In this document: positions 53,474 through 64,000 of the stretch, one piece after another | Numbering within the stretch: the stretch's first letter is position 1 | Layout of the letters: every line of letters begins with the position of its first letter | Source of the DNA: Octopus vulgaris | Taxonomy: Eukaryota | Direction: 5' to 3' | Length of the DNA: 64,000 nt | Assembly (NCBI GenBank): GCA_951406725.2 | Contig: OX597823.1 | Span: forward strand, 110,856,001 to 110,920,000 | Translations under genes and position numbers: made by a program | Notes under the pieces: model-generated | The model's input: the letters and a program-made list of their open reading frames with translations, nothing else | Told to the model about the DNA's origin: nothing | Databases searched by the model: none

Positions 53474-53775
53474 TAGGTGCAATGGCCCAATGGTTAGGGC
53501 AGCAGACTCATGGTCGTAGGATCATGGTTTTGATTTCCAGACCAGGCATTGTGAGTGATTATTGAGCGAAAATACCTAAAGCTCCACGAGGTTCCAGCAG
53601 GGGGTGGTGGCGATCCCTGTAGTACTCTTTTGCCACAACTTTCTCTCACTCTTTCTTTTGTTGGTCTGCTCACTTAGCCAGCGGGGTGGCATCATTTGAA
53701 GGCTAAAACAATGCGAAGCACATTGTGACCAGCGATCTGTAGCAACTTCTGATAGCCTGGTCAGGCACGGTGATC
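53474..53775 (+). mobile_element. SINE family C with a third tail type
   Basis: Head as at 22423; tail GAAGGCTAAAACAATGCG...GGTGAT. Confidence 0.85.
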
Positions 53776-54066
53776 GGTGGTGCGTAAAAAGCACCATCCG
53801 ATCGTGGCCATTGCCAGCCTTGCCTGGCCCCCGTGCCGGTGGCACGTAAAAAGCACCATCCGTCCATGGCCGTTTGCCAGCTTCGTCTGGCTCCTGTGCA
53901 GGTGACAAGTAAAAAGCACCCACTACACTCACGGAGTGGTTGGCATTAGGAAGGGCATCCAGCTGTAGAAACACTGCCAGATCAGACTGGGCCTGATGCA
54001 GCCTTCTGGCTTCACAGACCCCAGTTGAACTGTCCAACCCATGCTAACATGGAAAGCGGATGCTAA

Positions 54067-54097
<31 letters not shown>
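53776..54097 (+). mobile_element. Family D with 3 array units, same subfamily as 34400-35292
   Basis: GCACGTAAAAAGCACCATCCG units and a closely matching tail. Confidence 0.88.
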
Positions 54098-54098
<1 letters not shown>

Positions 54099-54502
54099 AT
54101 ATATATATATATGCATATATAGTTATATAAACATTTACATTTAATAATGTAAGAACATATGAACTAGTTCCATTTAGGTAACTATAGGTATAGAAAACAA
54201 CACATTTTCCCATGTATATAACCATATATGCACTGTCTTGTGTGAATGTGAATCTGCAATACTATTAATACATATGTAAAGTTATAGGTATATGCACTCA
54301 CATACATGAGATAATCGACAGAAGAATACGTGTACATACACACTCATATATAGGACTGTTTTCTTGATAATGTTTTCTTTGTTGACTCCAACTAGATTTA
54401 CCTCCCTTTGAAGTCTTTACCAGGAGACATTGTTATGGTTAAGAAAGTTCCAAACTAAAGAGAGATTAGAAGTTAGAGCCATATTTATGCCACACACATA
54501 CA

Positions 54503-54613
<111 letters not shown>

Positions 54614-55309
54614 GTTGTGAATATGCATTGCATATACACACACATCACATATATATATATGTATATATATGTATATATATATATATATATATCTTAAGTA
54701 AAATTATATAAATGAATAAATAAATAACTAAATTAATAACTTAATTAAAAATAGGTAAATATACAAATGAATTTTGGAACTAAATTGCAGCAAAGAGAAA
54801 AGAAAATGTAAATAAACAACTAGACGAATAAATAAATAAATACGTGAAAATCACCACCACGAACAACAACAACAACAACAAAAATCGTAAAATATATGAA
54901 ACAAAACAAAGAAAAAAAATGCAAAATGACATCAAAAACAACCAAAAAATACACCCTCATCATTGAACCACAGAATGTACTAACGATGCATATTTTTCTC
55001 ATGTGATGTATGTAGAAGGAGGAAATTATAGACTGCATATACCATGCTTTGAACTTGCTATAATGCCACCATGACTACCACACTGATTCCTAGCCCCCTC
55101 GGGGGGAACTAACTTTTCTCATAATTTTTCTAAACTTTTTTTTTTTTTTGCATATTTATATATTCGTATTTCTATTACCTTTTTTTTTTTTCCTTTTTAA
55201 ATTCTCTCTTGTTTTCATTTCCCATTTTGTGATTTTTCATTCTTGTCCAATTCTTTTGCAAATGTACACCTTCTACCTTTTATCTCTACACTCTTTCTAA
55301 TTACTGTGC

Positions 55310-55384
<75 letters not shown>

Positions 55385-55497
55385 CATCATCATTATTTAT
55401 CATGCACAGCAGTAGCATCATATCCCTCATCATTATTGTCTTCATTCCTCTTCATTTGTTAACATATGCTGTTATCATATTATTATTGTTATTATTA

Positions 55498-55576
<79 letters not shown>
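55310..55576 (+). repeat. (ATT)n microsatellites
   Basis: Direct reading. Confidence 0.92.
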
Positions 55577-55832
55577 CAGTATGATATGTCATCACCATTA
55601 TCATCATCAGCATCAACGGTAATAACATCACCATCATGATCATTGTCATTATTATTTAATTGGTGGTGTTACCTTTTTCAGCACACATAATGATTATAAT
55701 GGCACCCCAATTACCAGAGGATTTTTACAACAAACTGTCCTTTTCAGTTGTTCATTTGTTTAAACTTGTTCTTTCTCCCTGTGCACACACACACACATAG
55801 ACACACACACACACACAGGATACTCATATGTA

Positions 55833-55868
<36 letters not shown>

Positions 55869-56169
55869 TATACATATATGTATAAGTATAAATATATATG
55901 TATGTGTATCATATATAAATTTATATATGTACATATATATATAGATATATTTATAAGTCTGTATATATATAAGTACAACAGTGTGTGTGTGTGTGTGTAT
56001 GTATATATATGTGTGTGTATGAGTTTGTTCTTTATATGAGCCTGTGATATCTTACATATGATGTTTTGGCACAAGTTTTACTTATTTTCTTTGAATAATG
56101 AAGGGAATAATGAACACCACTGTAGACATGGCAGCAGTAGTGGCAGTAGTAATAGTAAAAAGCAGACAG

Positions 56170-56208
<39 letters not shown>

Positions 56209-56818
56209 GGATGATGACGACAACGATGAGGATGAGGATGATGATGATGGTGCAGATGCCTGAGATGATGATGATAGTGTTATTGTCAAGGAAAGAATTC
56301 TGACTGATGCTGAATCAAACAGTAAGGACCTTGATAGATCTAGCTACAAAATTGCAAAGTTCCCTCTCCCCTCCAATACCCTCACACAACAACAACAACA
56401 AACAACAACAACTGCAGCTACATCTGCAGCAACAACAACTGCAACAATAGGATTCAACTACAACATAAATGATATAAAATAAAATAAATATATATGCCAA
56501 AAATGATTTTTGGAAGAAGAAAGTTAAAGACCAAAGACATCAAATCAAAGAAAACAGTAAAAATTCTATAAAGTTTTCTACACTTTTGTAAAAAGCCACA
56601 CTGGAATTTCTTTGGACTCTTCATTTAGTTGTTCTTCCACTGAAATTTTATTTGGATAATTGTTGTTCAACAATTGTTCATTAGTTGGCTGCTGTCATTC
56701 ACATCTTTCATCACGGCGCTGTTGGTTTTAGTGACCTCTTAAATTTTTTTTCTGTCACATATTGGTCAATCAGTCAAGTTACTTAATAAATCTATCTATC
56801 TATCTATCTATCTGTCTT

Positions 56819-56852
<34 letters not shown>

Positions 56853-56979
56853 GAAATACATAATCAACTTACTGACTATCTACATATCTATCTGTCTATC
56901 TATTTTTCTGCCTGTCTATTTTGTTAGCATGCTAAACTTATACATATAACCATTTATATTTCTCTCTGCTTCTGTCTCT

Positions 56980-57015
<36 letters not shown>

Positions 57016-57116
57016 TCATACACTTATATATTAAAGCTGTTCATCATGGTTTCGATCTATGATGGAAGATAAATTTTGCCATGTTTTTACGCTTAGCATA
57101 TCGGTAGTATATATTT

Positions 57117-57348
57117 GTTTCTTTACTACCCACAAGGGGCTACAGACAGAGGGAACAAACAAGGACAGACAAACGGATTAAGTCGATTACATCGACCCCA
57201 GTGCGTAACTAGTACTTAATTTATCGACCCCGAAAGGATGAAAGGCAAAGTCGACCTCGGCGGAATTTGAACTCAGAATGTAACGGCAGACGAAATACGG
57301 CTACGCATTTCGCCTGGCGTTCTAACGTTTCTGCCAGCTCGACGCCTT
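57117..57348 (-). mobile_element. SINE family A, full length, ~18-bp TSD
   Basis: ATATCGGTAGTATATATT at 57098-57115 and 57357-57374. Confidence 0.92.
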
Positions 57349-57667
57349 TTCAGTATATATCGGTAGTATATATTGTTATACCTTCATTCTGTGTAGAATG
57401 GTTTTCCCATTAACAAGCTTCTGATATTAAATAAAGAGTTAAGCACTAATGGTATGCAAATTAGTCGCTCCAATTTTCTGAAGTTACTGGATTTGATGAG
57501 TATATAATTATATAAAAGGATTGCTTGCTTGTTTTCCTGGGATTGGTTGAGCTAAGTAGCTGAAGTGATCTTAAGGGTCAAAAATTAATTAAGGCTATTC
57601 ACCATACTTTGAATCAACAGAGAAATAGGCAAATTTACCAGGTTTGAATGTCTACTTCATACATTTA

Positions 57668-58240
57668 CTCATCATCATCGCTGAACGTCCGTTTTCGAAG
57701 CTAGCATGGGTTGGATGGTTCGACTGGGGCCTGGGAAGCCAGGAGGCTGCACCAGGCTCCAGTCTGATCTGGCAGTGTTTCTACAGCTGGATGCCCTTCC
57801 TAACACCAACTGCTCCTTAAGTGTATTGGGTGCTTTTTACGTGCAAACCTGCTCAGGGGCCAGAGGAGGCTGGCCACGATCAGTTGGTGCTTTTAATGTG
57901 CCACTGGCATGGGAGCTTGTCAAGGTGGCGCTGACATTGGTCATGTTTGGATGGTGCTTCTTATGTGCCACCGGCACAGGTATCACAACTACAATTTCCA
58001 TTTGATTTTCATTTTAATGTTGATGTACTTGACACAATAGGTCTCCTCAAACACAGCAGGTCACCCTATGATCCAAGGTATTTTTGAATGGGCAGGGGCT
58101 GGTTATGCGAAACTGGTGTAGGATACATCCATGAACTCACTTTATTTTCTGGGTCTTCTCAGTCACAGCATATCTCCAGAGGTCTTGGTCTTTCGTCATT
58201 GCCTCTGTGAGGCCCAACATTCAAAGGTCATGCTTCACCT
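57668..58240 (-). mobile_element. RTE-clade LINE 3' end (ORF C-terminus plus family D 3'UTR)
   Basis: Minus translation VKHDL*MLGLTEAMTKDQDLWRYAV (RTE-type V..DL..LGL...M..DR..WR), contiguous with GCAC..AAAAGCACC units and the D tail. Confidence 0.82.
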
Positions 58241-58289
58241 AAGCATTTCGCCCGGAGTGCTAACGTTTCTGCCAGCTCACTGCCTTATA

Positions 58290-59010
58290 CCCTTTGGCTT
58301 TCCTTTTCCTCACTGCTCTCATTGTATTCACCTACAGCTCCATTTTCTCTCACTGCCTGCTCTCTACAGTTTCTTTACCTTCCAAATGCTCTTTCCCATT
58401 TCCCCCTCCTCCTCTATCCCAGCACTATGACCACCTAGATCTCTCTTTCCCTGAATGACTCTCTCAGGATTTCTCTTTACCCCTGTCTAGTGTTTCCACT
58501 AGCGTTAAGCCCTCCAACAAAACCCTAACAGTTATCTTTCCACCCTGTGACCAATAACACCTGACACCAAACCCTACTCTTTTTCCTTGTTCCTTTCCAT
58601 TTTCTTCGCTCAGACAGTGTCTAATCTACTACTCTGTTACCCTCCCCACTGTCATCCCCTTACGACCATAAACCTTTTTCCTCTTATCTTATTTATCTTC
58701 CCTCATCACCCTCTATCTTTCATTCTTCTCCAGTTATTGGGGCCACTTCAAATCCTTAGTCTTGCAAGTTACAGGGAGATCTTCACCAATGCTGGAGCCT
58801 CAAAGAAAAAAACAAAAAAAAAACAGTATACTCTGTAAAGTGGTTAGTATTAGGAAGGGCATCCAACAGTTAAAAACCTGTAAAAACAGATATTGGAATA
58901 TGACCTTAGTCCTCCAATTTATCAGAGCCTCTTAAATCATTCAACCCATGTCTGCATGGAAGTCTGCAGTTAAATGAGGATGGTAATGATGATGGTAATG
59001 ATGATGATGA
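58290..59010 (+). mobile_element. Family D variant with pyrimidine-rich leader
   Basis: CT-rich ~450 bp, then AAGTGGTTAGTATTAGGAAGGGCATCC...(GAT)n. Confidence 0.6.
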
Positions 59011-59186
59011 TACACATACATATTATGTGGTTGTAAAGTTATACAAGTGAATCAAGCATTAAGATTTTTACAAATTGCACTTACTAAATAAACTTAAAAA
59101 CCATAACTCCACTCAAGCAAATTCTAACAAAGAATTATAATATATGTACAAGTTTTGTACCACAAATAATGTATTTTTTTTTTTTT

Positions 59187-59510
59187 ATTTGTTTCAGTCA
59201 TTTGACTGTGGCCATGACCGCCTTTAATTGAATAAATTGACCCCGGGATGTATTCTTCGTAAGCCTAGTACTTATTCTATCAGTGCCTTTTTGCAGAACT
59301 GCTAAGTTACGGGGGACATAAACACACCAACATCGGTTGTCAAGTGATGGTGGGAGGACAAGCACAGGCACACAAACATAAACATATAATTCTGTAGAAG
59401 AGCATAGGCTCGAAACGTTAAAGACTTTTTCAATTCCTGAATGTTATACTAATACATCTGTTTGTTTTCTACACCACCTGTCTTTGTCTTTTGTTTTTTT
59501 CATGAATTCT

Positions 59511-59575
<65 letters not shown>

Positions 59576-59718
59576 TTACGATGGGTTTCTTTAGGTTTCC
59601 GTGTATCAAATTTACTCACAAGGCTTTGCTTGGCCTGGAGATATTGTAGAAGACACTTGCCCCAGGATTGAATCCAGGACCATGTGGTTGGAAAGCAAAT
59701 TTCTAACCACACAGCCAT
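59187..59718 (-). mobile_element. SINE family B split by a hammerhead-like insertion
   Basis: B 3' half 59187-59385 and 5' half ~59570-59718. Confidence 0.8.
59389..59515 (+). mobile_element. H1-related element with degenerate minimal hammerhead
   Basis: CTGTAGA-A-GAGC(ATAG)GCTC-GAAACGTT-AAAG, then TTCCTGA..T-rich body ending in (TA)n. Confidence 0.6.
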
Positions 59719-59910
59719 GTGTGCATGTTCATCGAGTGACTATTCATGTATAAAAATGTACAACTGAAAATAGTCTCAAATACGAGCAGTGTATTTACAC
59801 TACCAATGAACACTAGTATCAAATCCTTTTAGAATTAAAATACAGATATGCACGGCTGAACCCACTTCTTTGCAACCCCTGTCACCACGTCTTGAGTCAT
59901 CAAATTGACA

Positions 59911-60288
59911 TTGTTTCAGTCATTTGACTGTGGCCATGCTGGTGCATCGCCTTTAGTCGAGCTAACCGCCTCCAGGACTTATTTTTTGTAAGCCTAGTAC
60001 TTATTCTATCAGTCTCTTTTTGCCGAATTGCTATGTTACGGGGACATAAACACGCCAGCAACGGTTGTCAAGCGATGTTGAGAGGACAAACACAGACACA
60101 CAAGCATATACACTCACATACATATATATATGATGGGCTTCTTTCAGTTTCCATCAACCAAATCCACTCACAAGGCTTTGGTCAGCCCGAGGCTATAGTA
60201 GAAAACACTTTACCAAGGTGCCACGCAGTGGGACTGAACCCGGAACCATGTGGTTGGTAAGCAAATTACTTACCACACACCCACTCCA
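59911..60288 (-). mobile_element. SINE family B
   Basis: Family B sequence. Confidence 0.88.
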
Positions 60289-60611
60289 GACCAATTCAAT
60301 TTGCAAGTAATAAAATTTATTGCCAAAGATGTGTGATTGCACATTTGCAGGATGAATGCAGACTGATTTTCGATTTTTGTCAGGTGTCTTCTTCCATATG
60401 CCCTCTCTCAGATTTTTGAGTTCTGAGGGGTCTTTTTTTACTTGATGACCACAATGATGATGATGATACACATACATATTATGTGATTGTAAAGTTATAC
60501 AAGTGACTCAAGTGATAGTGGGAAGACGAACACTGATACACAAAGATATACAAATAAATATATACATATATACGTATATACATATATACATATATATATG
60601 TATATATATAT

Positions 60612-60994
60612 TAATAAATTTTAGGGTAGCAAAAAAAATTCTTGAAAAATTCTCCGCTACCAGTGGTCTAGCGAGAAGGAAAAAATAGTCAATAGACTAT
60701 ATAATATACATTTAAACACATATGAGATGGTCATAACAGGACATCTGACTCACTAGAAAGAGCAGTTACTTGGCTTCCTGCTGAAGATGGCAACGCCAAT
60801 TGTAAATTAAAATTATTTTATTTTATTTACAAAAGATTGCCGAAACTATGCATTGTCCAGGAAAGATAGGGGTAAACGTTTTCATTTCTCTTTCCCTTTC
60901 AGAATTACAACTATTAGTGGTTTGGAGTTTAACTGCTCTTTCTAGTGAGTCAGATGTCCTATTATGGCCATCTCTTATGTGTTTAAATGTATAT
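60612..60994. mobile_element. (TA)n-flanked element with inverted termini enclosing a hammerhead (Penelope-like, family H4)
   Basis: Inverted arms 60704-60768/60930-60994; (TA)-rich flanks. Confidence 0.75.
60775..60863 (+). ncRNA. Type I hammerhead ribozyme, complete core
   Basis: Stem I UUCCUG(60775-80):CAGGAA(60858-63); CUGAAGA 60781-87 plus one extra U; stem II GGCAA:UUGCC extended by an AU hairpin; GAAA 60842-45; near-palindromic stem III ACUAUGCAUUGU; GUC cleavage triplet 60855-57. Confidence 0.85.
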
Positions 60995-61221
60995 ATATGT
61001 GTTTAAATGTATATATATATATAAATGTAAAAATCTTAATCCTTGAGTCACTTGTATAACTTTACAACCACAATATGTATGTGTATCATCATCATCATCA
61101 TCATTATCATCATCATTACCATCCTCATTTAACTGCAGACTTCCATGCAGACATGGGTTGATTGATTTAAGAGGCTCTGATAAATTGGAGGACTGAGTCA
61201 TATTCCAATAGCTTCAGAATT

Positions 61222-61303
61222 AAGAGTGTGCGGTCTTCGAAACATATGTCGAAAGTAAAGGAATTTTGTTAAAATCTTTGTTTGACTCCATTCTTTTCAT
61301 TTA

Positions 61304-61306
<3 letters not shown>
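61222..61306 (+). mobile_element. Family H2 single arm
   Basis: CTTCGAAACATATGTCGAAAGTAAAGGAATTTTGTTAA..ACTCCATTCTTTTCATTTATT then (TA)n; homologous to 13160-13236. Confidence 0.7.
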
Positions 61307-61344
<38 letters not shown>

Positions 61345-61373
61345 GATGGGATTCTTTTGGTTTATATCAGTAC

Positions 61374-61407
<34 letters not shown>

Positions 61408-61449
61408 GTATATTTTTATAAGTTGTCTTGGTGCTATGAAGAATAGCAG

Positions 61450-61620
61450 TCAAAACACTGTGTTAAGTGGTTAGTATAAGAAACAGCATCCAGCCATAGA
61501 AAGTACGGCAAAACAGACATTGGAGCTAGGTGCAATTCTCTGGCTCGTTGGCTCTTATCAAATTGACCACCCAATGCCAGCAAGGAAACAGATGTTAGGA
61601 AAAGATAATGACAACGATAT
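61450..61620 (+). mobile_element. Diverged family D tail
   Basis: AAGTGGTTAGTATAAGAAACAGCATCCAGCC. Confidence 0.55.
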
Positions 61621-62539
61621 CAATGTGTGTGTGTGTGTATGAGTGTGTGTGTGTGTGTGTGTGTGTGTGTACATGCGCACTTACATAAATATGCATGAAT
61701 ACATTTGTAATAGAAATAATTAAAGCAATAAGTAAATTAATTCTGGGAGAGCACGCTATGGGTGTCTTTATGTGTTCACATGTCTTTCTCTCTTTCCCCC
61801 TCTCTGTCTCCCTGCCTCTCTCCTATTCGCCCCCCTCTCTCTCTCTCTCTCTTATCCTCTCTTGCTCTCTCTCCTCTCTCAATGTGTGACCAAATAGAAA
61901 GATGGCTGTTTTGGGACAGGAAAGGAAAAAAAAAAAACATACAATATTGAAGGCTTGAACTAAGTAAGTTAGACAGAAAGTTGTATGAAATATTCCACAG
62001 TGTTTTATTCAACTAATTACAACACCACCCACCCCAGTCTCCCTCATCCACCTACTCTCGATCCCATTTACTATTCTCCCACCCCATTACTCTTACTCAA
62101 ACTAATTGGCCTCGTTTCAGGGGGCGGCTGGTTACATTATTTTTCTTTATTATATATTTATTGTCTTAATATATTACTCTTCTACAATATTATTTCTTTT
62201 TGTTGTCTTCTTTAATTATATTTACGAGTTTTGTTCGTTTTTCTTGTAATTTTGTTTTTGTTTCATAATACTGTATTTGTTTTCTTTTTGTTTTAATCTA
62301 ATTATTTATTCATTTGTTGTGTTTATTATCTTTTATTAATATTGTTTTGGTCCTTTTTATTTTTGTCTCTTTAATTTTTTTTCTGTTTTATTTTTCATTT
62401 ATGTCTCCCTGTACCCCCCACCCCCCATCTCTTTATTAATACATTCATTAATTTAGTTCAACTTTCACTATAGCTGTATATTATACTTACATATGCATAC
62501 ACACAAAAACACATATACACCTACAAATTTGTGTTAGTA

Positions 62540-62542
62540 TAC

Positions 62543-62575
<33 letters not shown>

Positions 62576-62585
62576 AGTACATATT

Positions 62586-62626
<41 letters not shown>

Positions 62627-62643
62627 GTACATATGTATGCGTG

Positions 62644-62679
<36 letters not shown>

Positions 62680-62703
62680 TATGTATGTATGTAAGTACAT
62701 ATT

Positions 62704-62734
<31 letters not shown>

Positions 62735-62744
62735 GTACATATGT

Positions 62745-62775
<31 letters not shown>

Positions 62776-63101
62776 TGCATGTATGTATGTATGTATATTT
62801 GTATAAATATATATACATTTGCATGTACATATGTATATATACATATACATATGTGTGTGTTCGTATATATATTTATGTATGCATGCACAAGCAAATACAC
62901 ACTTGCGTACACCTCACGCTGGCACATCTATGTACGTTAACATATTTATTGGTTTTGATATTAATTCTTATTGTTTTTTCATTATCAGTACATAGGAAAT
63001 AGAAGTAAAATGCACAAAATCCCTTTCCATTATAGTTTATTTGTTTCTGAAGTTTCTTATCATTATTTTACTCACCCACACCAAATTTGCCAACTACTCA
63101 C

Positions 63102-63166
<65 letters not shown>

Positions 63167-63181
63167 GTATCTACACATTTC

Positions 63182-63271
<90 letters not shown>

Positions 63272-63378
63272 TATGTATATATATATATATATATATGCAT
63301 ACATACATACATATTAATATACATCTAGATATATATCTATATACGTGTATGTGTATGTATATATATAGATATATATAT

Positions 63379-63410
<32 letters not shown>

Positions 63411-63460
63411 GTGTGCACACATATACGCACACACACACATATATATATATAGTGCTGTCA
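62540..63460 (+). repeat. (TA)n/(TATG)n/(TATC)n/(CT)n compound microsatellite region
   Basis: Direct reading; includes a ~115-bp duplicated block marked by GTAAGTACATATTTATATGTGTG. Confidence 0.9.
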
Positions 63461-63586
63461 TCACGGAATACATATGTAATCTTCATATAAGTGATGCTCC
63501 AGCATAGCCACAGTCTAATGACTGTAACAAGTAAAAGATAATATATATATGTATTTATACACACTTATATACATATATATATATGC

Positions 63587-63625
<39 letters not shown>

Positions 63626-64000
63626 TGTCTGTGTGTGTGAGTTTACGTATGTATTCCAAAATATGTATATGGATATTATTGTGTATTCTTATACGCCTAT
63701 ACATCTACATGTATAAATTTCATGCTCATCACTTTTTATTTTTCATCTTCATCTTTCTCTCCTAACTACTCTATCTGTATATATATATGTGCCTGTGTAT
63801 ATCCGTCTGGACATGTGTGTGTTTATGCATATACATTGGATGGTAGGGTGTAAACAGTGGGTCAAAATGATGTAGATGAATATAAATATATACATGTATA
63901 TCTACATCGGTATACATAAGAACAACATACACAGATATATATTCATGTGTGCATGTGCGCACATATATATATAAATATATATATACATGTGTATATATAT

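Overview
AT-rich, repeat-saturated animal genomic DNA with no supportable intact protein-coding gene. The tRNA-derived SINE families and the very high microsatellite density point to an octopod cephalopod (Octopus-like); this is recognition and inference, not a database result. The ORF track is mostly translated microsatellite or repeat noise. The window holds dozens of copies of three tRNA-headed SINE families (A, B, C) and many RTE-type LINE 3' ends (family D), one with a 12-unit ~61-bp GC-rich array. It also has two decayed R4/Dong-like LINEs (CCHC knuckle plus restriction-like endonuclease) ending in (AAT)n, a non-coding element (family E) found only in (AAT)n tracts, RTE and CR1/L2 relics, a non-autonomous Helitron, piggyBac-type MITEs, a 5S rRNA pseudogene and a ~0.5-kb 28S rRNA fragment. 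The most notable signal is a set of short, mostly (TA)n-associated elements resembling Penelope-like termini. They include a complete type I hammerhead ribozyme fold (60775-60863) inside an inverted repeat, four minimal hammerhead motifs, and ~95-110-bp near-perfect palindromes. Most repeat boundaries are approximate and were read by eye.
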